From an uncultured bacterium (GTDB taxonomy: Bacteria; Fidelibacterota; Marinisomatia; Marinisomatales; UBA1611), in the NCBI GenBank assembly GCA_943788175.1, contig CALSPG010000001.1:64001-128000 (forward strand): a DNA stretch of 64,000 bases, given 5' to 3'. Below the pieces are notes generated by a model. The model saw only the letters and a program-made list of their open reading frames with translations, ran no database searches and was not told the origin of the DNA. Positions 58,137-64,000 of this stretch are shown here, in pieces. Numbering within the stretch: position 1 is the stretch's first letter; each line of letters starts with the position of its first letter. A program made the position numbers and the translations under genes.

Positions 58137-59526
58137 TAGAGAGCAATGGGGGTCTAGACTTGGCTTTATTTTAGCAGCTTCTGGTTCTGCTGTTGGACTT
58201 GGTAATATTTGGAAATATCCTCATATGGCTGGACAAAATGGTGGTGCTGCTTTTACGATAGTCTATTTGATTTGCATACTTATAGTTGGATTACCAGTAT
58301 TGTTGGGAGAATTGGCCATCGGCCGTAATACACAATTAAGCCCTGTCGGTGCATTTAAGAAACTTTCAAATGCATCTTATTGGAAATGGGTAGGGTTTCT
58401 TGGAGTTTCATCAGCTTTTGTGATATTATCTTTCTATGGTGTAGTAGGTGGTTGGACTTTAAGATATACGTTTTTTTCTTTGTTCGGTGGTTTTGATGCA
58501 CTTTCAGGGAATTCAGATTCTTCCGCAAAAATATTTAGTCTTTTTGTGAGCAATGATATAAATCCAATTTTTTGGCTAATTCTATTCATGTCATTATGTA
58601 TGTTTATAATTATTAAAGGAGTTAAATCTGGTATTGAACAAGCTGCAAAGATCATGATGCCAATCATTATTGTTATACTCATTCTTTTAGTCATTAAAGG
58701 TTTAAGTCTTGAAGGAGGTAAGAAAGGATTAAAATTTCTTTTTATGCCTAAATTTTCAGATCTAACTCCATCAAGCATCGTTATGGCGCTTGGCCATGCT
58801 TTTTTTACTTTAAGTCTGGGTATGGGTACAATGATAACATACGGTAGTTATTTAGGTAAAAATCAAAACCTTATTAGTTCTGCACTTTGGGTAATAATAC
58901 TAGATACTATTATCGCTATGTTGGCCGGGACTGCTATTTTCACAATAGTATTTGCAATGGGTGCAGATCCAAGCTCAGGTCCAGGTCTTATTTTTGAAGT
59001 ACTGCCCACTATCTTTCCGCAAATTGGTGGTGGAGTCATATGGGGCACATTGTTCTTCTTTATTTTATTTATGGCCGCTTTAACATCGGCAGTATCAATA
59101 CTAGAAGTAATAACATCATATTTTATTGATCAAAAAGGATGGACAAGAGAAAGGGCTACATTATCTTTTGGTATATTAATTACAATTGTAGGGATGTTTT
59201 GTTCTTTATCCATGGGCTCTTTTAATGATTTTAAGATTATTTTTAATATATCCTTTATGGATTTTCTCGATGAATTATCATCTAAGTATATGTTACCAAT
59301 TGGTGGAGCGCTTACAGCTCTTTTTATATTAAGTAAATGGTCTGTTAAAACATTTTTAGATGAAATACTTGTTGGCGTTCAAACTCGAAAATTTGATAAA
59401 GGGTTGCTTCTAAATTTTTTAAAAGTGCTTCTTATAGTTTCTTCTTTTATTGTCGGACTTATTATTCTTAATGAGCTTTTTGAACTTTTTTTTGGTTCTT
59501 CTCTGCAAAAAATAGCAGGTTTTTAA
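58126..59526 (+). CDS. Sodium-dependent transporter, NSS/SNF family
   Basis: REQWGSRLGFILAASGSAVGLGNIWKYP, GGAAF, AFFTLSLGMG, GPGLIF. Confidence 0.95.
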   Translation: MKNNREQWGSRLGFILAASGSAVGLGNIWKYPHMAGQNGGAAFTIVYLICILIVGLPVLLGELAIGRNTQLSPVGAFKKLSNASYWKWVGFLGVSSAFVILSFYGVVGGWTLRYTFFSLFGGFDALSGNSDSSAKIFSLFVSNDINPIFWLILFMSLCMFIIIKGVKSGIEQAAKIMMPIIIVILILLVIKGLSLEGGKKGLKFLFMPKFSDLTPSSIVMALGHAFFTLSLGMGTMITYGSYLGKNQNLISSALWVIILDTIIAMLAGTAIFTIVFAMGADPSSGPGLIFEVLPTIFPQIGGGVIWGTLFFFILFMAALTSAVSILEVITSYFIDQKGWTRERATLSFGILITIVGMFCSLSMGSFNDFKIIFNISFMDFLDELSSKYMLPIGGALTALFILSKWSVKTFLDEILVGVQTRKFDKGLLLNFLKVLLIVSSFIVGLIILNELFELFFGSSLQKIAGF

Positions 59527-59543
59527 CAAAAGGTTAATAAAAT

Positions 59544-60362
59544 ATGATTTTAGCTAGGGTTATTCCAAAAGATTCAAATTCGTTTAAAAAAAATAGAAAG
59601 AGAATGTCTTTCTTCGTTCAATTCGTTGATAAGTATAACATTTCATATTTGTTTGGTGTTTGGACTGCTACTATTGCTGGTTATGTTTATCTTTTAGGTA
59701 ATATTGATCGTTATAGCTACTGGGAATGGTCTGGATTACCTAATGGAGTTTTAAGGATACTTTTAAGTACATTATTTTTTTATAGTTTTTCTAGTTTTGG
59801 TTTCTGGCGTACTTCAAATAAGCGCTTGGAACAAGCAGCCCTCATTTATAATTCTTTTTTTTACTTCGCTTGTTTTATTTTGGGAAGTTTGAGTTTTAAT
59901 GTTTTGGAATTCAATTCTGTTGGCTACTTACCATACTTAGCTTTTATCATTTCAGGTGTTTTGATTTACGAGTTTAAAGTTTTATACAATTTAGAAAGTG
60001 GAAACTGGTCAGTTGATAGTTGGAACAAAAAGAATTCATATATGATAGCCGCTTTTATTTTAATGGTTTTTGCCACATTTCTTGGTTATGTCCTCGATGA
60101 CCCGATCATAAGTACTGTTGGAATTGTTTCTCTTTTTTTCCCGGCGGTGGTATTGATTTGGCCAAGTGATGTAAGACATATTAAACGTTTACAATTCTAT
60201 CCTCTTTTTACATTTGCAATGTTTACATGCGTTAGAGCACCATGGTTTTTTATAATACTAGCAATACTTTTCTTTTTCCTAAGATCAACTAATTATTTTA
60301 AATATGGAATAGTTTATCCTTCTTTTGGGGTACATCTAGAAGAAATAAATTCGGATGTATGA
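59544..60362 (+). CDS. Polytopic membrane protein, function unknown
   Basis: About 8 hydrophobic segments; overlaps the next gene. Confidence 0.7.
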   Translation: MILARVIPKDSNSFKKNRKRMSFFVQFVDKYNISYLFGVWTATIAGYVYLLGNIDRYSYWEWSGLPNGVLRILLSTLFFYSFSSFGFWRTSNKRLEQAALIYNSFFYFACFILGSLSFNVLEFNSVGYLPYLAFIISGVLIYEFKVLYNLESGNWSVDSWNKKNSYMIAAFILMVFATFLGYVLDDPIISTVGIVSLFFPAVVLIWPSDVRHIKRLQFYPLFTFAMFTCVRAPWFFIILAILFFFLRSTNYFKYGIVYPSFGVHLEEINSDV

Positions 60363-61569
60363 TGCCATCATTGTGGGTGCTGGTCCAGCAGGATCTAGCG
60401 CAGCTATCTACTGTAATAAACTAGGTCTCAATACTTTATTATTGGATAAGTCTATATTCCCTAGAGATAAAATTTGTGGTGATGCTCTATCTGGGAAAAG
60501 TGTAAAAATCTTAGAAGAGTTAGATTTATTACAAGATTTAGATAAACTAGATGGCGCAATCGTTAATAGAATTATTTTTGGAAATCCAAATCATTCTGAA
60601 TGTGAATTGCATCTTAATAAAAGCTTAAATAAAAGGCATATTTCTCATGGTTTTGTAATCCCAAGAAAAATATTTGATAATTATTTATTTAAAAAAGCTA
60701 GTGATGTTTCTAATGTGGTAAGTGGTTTTAAAGTCGAAGATCTTATCTATGATAAAAGTCAAGTAGTTGGAGTTAAAGGGAAGTCTAATAAGGGAATACA
60801 TAAAAAATATTTTGGTAATATTGTTCTAGGCGCTGATGGACCTTACTCCATAGTTTCAAGAAGAACAGGGCTATATAATTCTGATATGAATTATACTGCA
60901 GTTGGGTTGAGATGTTATTATGAAAATGTTGAAGATTTAACGGATCAAATAGAACTTCATTATGTAAACGAGACTATTCCTGGATACTTTTGGATTTTTC
61001 CTGCTGGAAATAAAAAAGCAAATATTGGTGTTGGTTTACTAAAAAGTAGAGCAAAAAAAAAGAAGTACGACCTCCAACAAATAATGAAGCAAGTAATAAA
61101 TTCAAAAAATTTCAAGCATAGGTTTAAAAATTCAAATGCACTTGAAAAACCAAAAGGATGGAATCTACCATTCGGAAATACGAAAAGAGAAAACCACGGT
61201 AATGGTTTTTTGCTTCTTGGTGATGCTGCCGGGTTGGTTGATCCTTTCACTGGGGAAGGTATCGGTAATGCAATGGAATCAGGAAAAATAGCTGCAGATA
61301 TTGTGTTGAAAGCAAAAAAAATAAATAATTTTTCAAATCAAATTCTTTCAGAATATGACAAAGTACTTTGGGAATATTTAGGTAGTGAACTCAAAACTAG
61401 TACTCTATTATTAAAGTTAGCTCATTATAGAATTCTACTTAATTTTGTAATTGATAGGGCAAGCAGAAATAAAAATATAAAAAATATGATTTCAGGTATG
61501 CTTGCAGATGAAGTTCCTAAAACAGAATTATCAAATCCAATGTTCTATCTAAAAACATTATTTAGTTAA
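60355..61569 (+). CDS. Geranylgeranyl reductase family FAD oxidoreductase
   Basis: GAGPAG, FPRDKICGDAL, GYFWIFP, LLGDAAGLVDPFTGEGI. Confidence 0.92.
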   Translation: MYDAIIVGAGPAGSSAAIYCNKLGLNTLLLDKSIFPRDKICGDALSGKSVKILEELDLLQDLDKLDGAIVNRIIFGNPNHSECELHLNKSLNKRHISHGFVIPRKIFDNYLFKKASDVSNVVSGFKVEDLIYDKSQVVGVKGKSNKGIHKKYFGNIVLGADGPYSIVSRRTGLYNSDMNYTAVGLRCYYENVEDLTDQIELHYVNETIPGYFWIFPAGNKKANIGVGLLKSRAKKKKYDLQQIMKQVINSKNFKHRFKNSNALEKPKGWNLPFGNTKRENHGNGFLLLGDAAGLVDPFTGEGIGNAMESGKIAADIVLKAKKINNFSNQILSEYDKVLWEYLGSELKTSTLLLKLAHYRILLNFVIDRASRNKNIKNMISGMLADEVPKTELSNPMFYLKTLFS

Positions 61570-61572
61570 GCT

Positions 61573-64000
61573 ATGAAGCAAACGGAATTATTAAAAAAGT
61601 TAAACCTATCTACTTACGTCGCATTAGATTTTGAGACAACTGGCTTAGACCCAGATTTTGACAGAGTTATCGAGGTTGCCGCTATTGTATTTAAAAATGG
61701 TAAACCTAAAAAAACATTCTCCACACTAGTAAATCCAGAAAAAAATATTTCACCTTTTATTACAAATATTACGGGTATATCTAATGCGATGGTCAACACT
61801 GCTCCAAAGGAATCTGAAATTATAAATGAATTAATGAAGACAATTGGTGATCATCCTATTGTTGCACATAACATTAAGTTTGATTTGAATTTTCTTACAA
61901 AATTATGTGTAAGGCATAATTATGATCTTCCAAAAAACACACTTTACGATACACTACAGTTGGCAAGATCAGTACTTTTTGACCATCCTGTTTTTAATCT
62001 TTCTGCTTTGTCCGAGTTTTATGGCCTTGATGCATCAGGGAGTCATAGAGCAGAAAAAGATACAGAAAATTGTGGGCAAATATTTTTACACCTGCTTGAT
62101 GAATTAATGTGTCATAATCTCGAGGAACTTTCTAGTGTCTTAGCCGTCTTAGATAAATATGAAGTTCCTAACAAGAAGCTTTATGTTGACGCAGCAAATA
62201 TTTTAATAAAGATTGGTGATCCTAAAGTTGCTTTGAAAAATAGATTAATTGACAGAGAGTCGGGGCATAGTATTTATGAATTTTCAGGGTCACAAAATAT
62301 TCAAAATTTGAGTGCCTCAGACGTATTTGGATCCAAAGGAGTGCTTTCAAAAAAATATGATTGGTTCGAAGACAGAGCAAATCAAGTAGAATATGCAAAT
62401 ACATGTGATAACATATTTGCTGGAAATGACTCTGGTGTCCTAGAAGCGGGAACAGGGTTGGGTAAGTCTATGGGGTATCTTTTTGCAGCGATTAAAAGAA
62501 AATACGAAACAGATAAAAGGGGCCCTGTTGTAATAGCCTGTAATACTAAACATTTACAAGATCAGTTATTCTATAAAGATTTGCCAAAATTATCGGAGGC
62601 ATTAGATACTTCCATCAAAGCATTACTAATTAAAGGAAGAAAAAATTATTTATGTAAAACACGGTTTGATTGGTTTATCAGTGATCGAAATACAATAGGT
62701 GTGGATGATATCGAGTCAGTGATACCAATACTCTTTTGGTTACATTATACTAGGTCTGGCGATTTGTCTGAATGTAATGGCTTTTTTAACTCTAGGAAAA
62801 CTTGGATTGTTTCTATGATTTGTAGCGATACCGGTTTTTGTACTGGGAATATTTGTAGTAAAAACCATGGATGTTTTTATGGTTCGATACGAAAGCAAAT
62901 GTATGAGGCTGATATACTTGTAGCAAACCATTCCTTATTGTTATCTGAAGCTAAGGTCCCTGGTATTTTACCTGAACACGATACTATCATCATAGATGAG
63001 GCTCATAATTTGGTAAAAGGAGGGTATGATCAATTTAAAATAAGTCTCGATTATAATAGTATAACCTCATTACTTAGATCGTTAAATCCTTCTAATCCTC
63101 GATCAAAAAGATGGAATAATATTTTGATGTCCATATCTGATAGCGAACCCTTATTGAAAAGTTTAAGAGAAAAGTTAATATTAGAACTAGATAGGGTTAA
63201 AAGTTCATTTATTGCCTTTATGAATGAGCTCGCAGTAAATAATGAATCTGAATTTGATATTAAAAAATCTTATCAAGAGCGACCAATTATTAACTCATTA
63301 ATAAAAGAATATTCTTCATTAACTCCAGAATTATCAAGCTTTTCTAACAGCTCTTACAAACTGTCCGTTTGTTTCAAAAATATAAGTAGTTTTGTTTTAA
63401 AACTTGATACAAATAGATCAAAATATACTTTTTTACATAGTATTCTTGAAAAAGGCTTAGAAAATATCAATGTTTTGAATGATTCAATAAGCTTACTAAC
63501 GGGTTCTCAAGATAATGATTGGGTTTATTGGAAAGAAGGGTATTATAATTCTAAAAAAGAATTAGACAGTGACCTTCAAGTCTCCTTACACGCTTCGAAA
63601 ATTGATATTTCAGAAGTCTTAAGACGAAGGTTGTATGATAAAAACGTAAACTTTATTTTAACCTCAGCTACAATAAAAGTAGAAAATTCATTTGATTATT
63701 TTTTACATAGAAATGGCCTCGAGAATTCTGCAAGTATAGTAACAAGAGAATATACAAGTCCTTTTTCTTACTACGATCAAGTAAAATACTATCAATATGG
63801 TGGATCTAGAGATATAACAAATGATATTGGACAACTAGCAGATCTTATTTATCATGTCCATAAGACTTATAAAAAAAGGACAATGGTTCTATTTACTTCT
63901 GTAAAAATGCTGGAGAATGTTTCGAAAAAAATAAAAGAAAGGTTAGGTGGTAATAAAATACCGCTTTTTGCTCAATCTAAGGGAGCTTCAAAGCCTTCGA
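61573..64000 (+). CDS. dinG: DEDDh 3'-5' exonuclease fused to a DinG helicase; runs off the window (absent from the ORF track)
   Basis: Manual translation from ATG 61573: ALDFETTG, VAHNIKFD, HRAEKD; EAGTGLGKS, LQDQL, KGRKNYLC, Fe-S Cys cluster, VANHSLL, IIDEAH, LTSAT, LFTS. Confidence 0.93.
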   Translation, partial: MKQTELLKKLNLSTYVALDFETTGLDPDFDRVIEVAAIVFKNGKPKKTFSTLVNPEKNISPFITNITGISNAMVNTAPKESEIINELMKTIGDHPIVAHNIKFDLNFLTKLCVRHNYDLPKNTLYDTLQLARSVLFDHPVFNLSALSEFYGLDASGSHRAEKDTENCGQIFLHLLDELMCHNLEELSSVLAVLDKYEVPNKKLYVDAANILIKIGDPKVALKNRLIDRESGHSIYEFSGSQNIQNLSASDVFGSKGVLSKKYDWFEDRANQVEYANTCDNIFAGNDSGVLEAGTGLGKSMGYLFAAIKRKYETDKRGPVVIACNTKHLQDQLFYKDLPKLSEALDTSIKALLIKGRKNYLCKTRFDWFISDRNTIGVDDIESVIPILFWLHYTRSGDLSECNGFFNSRKTWIVSMICSDTGFCTGNICSKNHGCFYGSIRKQMYEADILVANHSLLLSEAKVPGILPEHDTIIIDEAHNLVKGGYDQFKISLDYNSITSLLRSLNPSNPRSKRWNNILMSISDSEPLLKSLREKLILELDRVKSSFIAFMNELAVNNESEFDIKKSYQERPIINSLIKEYSSLTPELSSFSNSSYKLSVCFKNISSFVLKLDTNRSKYTFLHSILEKGLENINVLNDSISLLTGSQDNDWVYWKEGYYNSKKELDSDLQVSLHASKIDISEVLRRRLYDKNVNFILTSATIKVENSFDYFLHRNGLENSASIVTREYTSPFSYYDQVKYYQYGGSRDITNDIGQLADLIYHVHKTYKKRTMVLFTSVKMLENVSKKIKERLGGNKIPLFAQSKGASKPS

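Noticed and set aside
61614-62931. Short ORFs listed in the track at the right end
   Set aside because: They lie within or opposite the long dinG frame starting at 61573
1-64000. CRISPR arrays, tRNA/rRNA, IS elements, integrases, reverse transcriptase/DGR, defence systems
   Set aside because: No such repeats or motifs seen; intergenic spaces are too short. Short ncRNAs cannot be excluded without a covariance search

Overview
AT-rich (about one-third GC by eye), gene-dense bacterial DNA. The gene content suggests an FCB-group lineage such as Ca. Marinimicrobia (inference): FlgD/T9SS-type 'YPNPFN' C-terminal domains, C25 peptidases, a dockerin and split PntA. From left to right the window holds: the end of an FAD oxidoreductase overlapped by an unannotated hemJ 3' remnant; surface lipoproteins; a permuted NlpC/P60 enzyme; the pntAA-pntAB-pntB transhydrogenase; and three secreted CTD proteins (beta-helix, small protein, M6 protease). 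A contiguous, co-oriented ~34-kb gene run (16.3-50.4 kb) follows. It joins a complete type IVa pilus machine to a dockerin-tailed C25 peptidase, a poly-gamma-glutamate (PGA) synthase (capB-capC-pgsW), a basic periplasmic repeat protein, a basic outer-membrane beta-barrel, propeller proteins, an M14 peptidase and a second C25 peptidase. The pilus machine comprises pilA, pilT, minor pilins including a giant PilX, pilMNO(P)Q, an Ig-like lipoprotein and pilBCD. Both C25 proteins lack the canonical catalytic His. The right end is housekeeping: alaS, ridA, an NSS transporter, a geranylgeranyl-reductase-family enzyme and an exonuclease-DinG fusion that runs off the window and is missing from the ORF track. 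About ten single-base indels break pilC, the first C25, capB, capC and one lipoprotein, and are most likely consensus errors. No tRNA, rRNA, CRISPR array or mobile element was recognised. Best candidate for an undescribed system: a diderm PGA synthesis/export module with a dedicated OM barrel, embedded in a pilus and secreted-peptidase superoperon.
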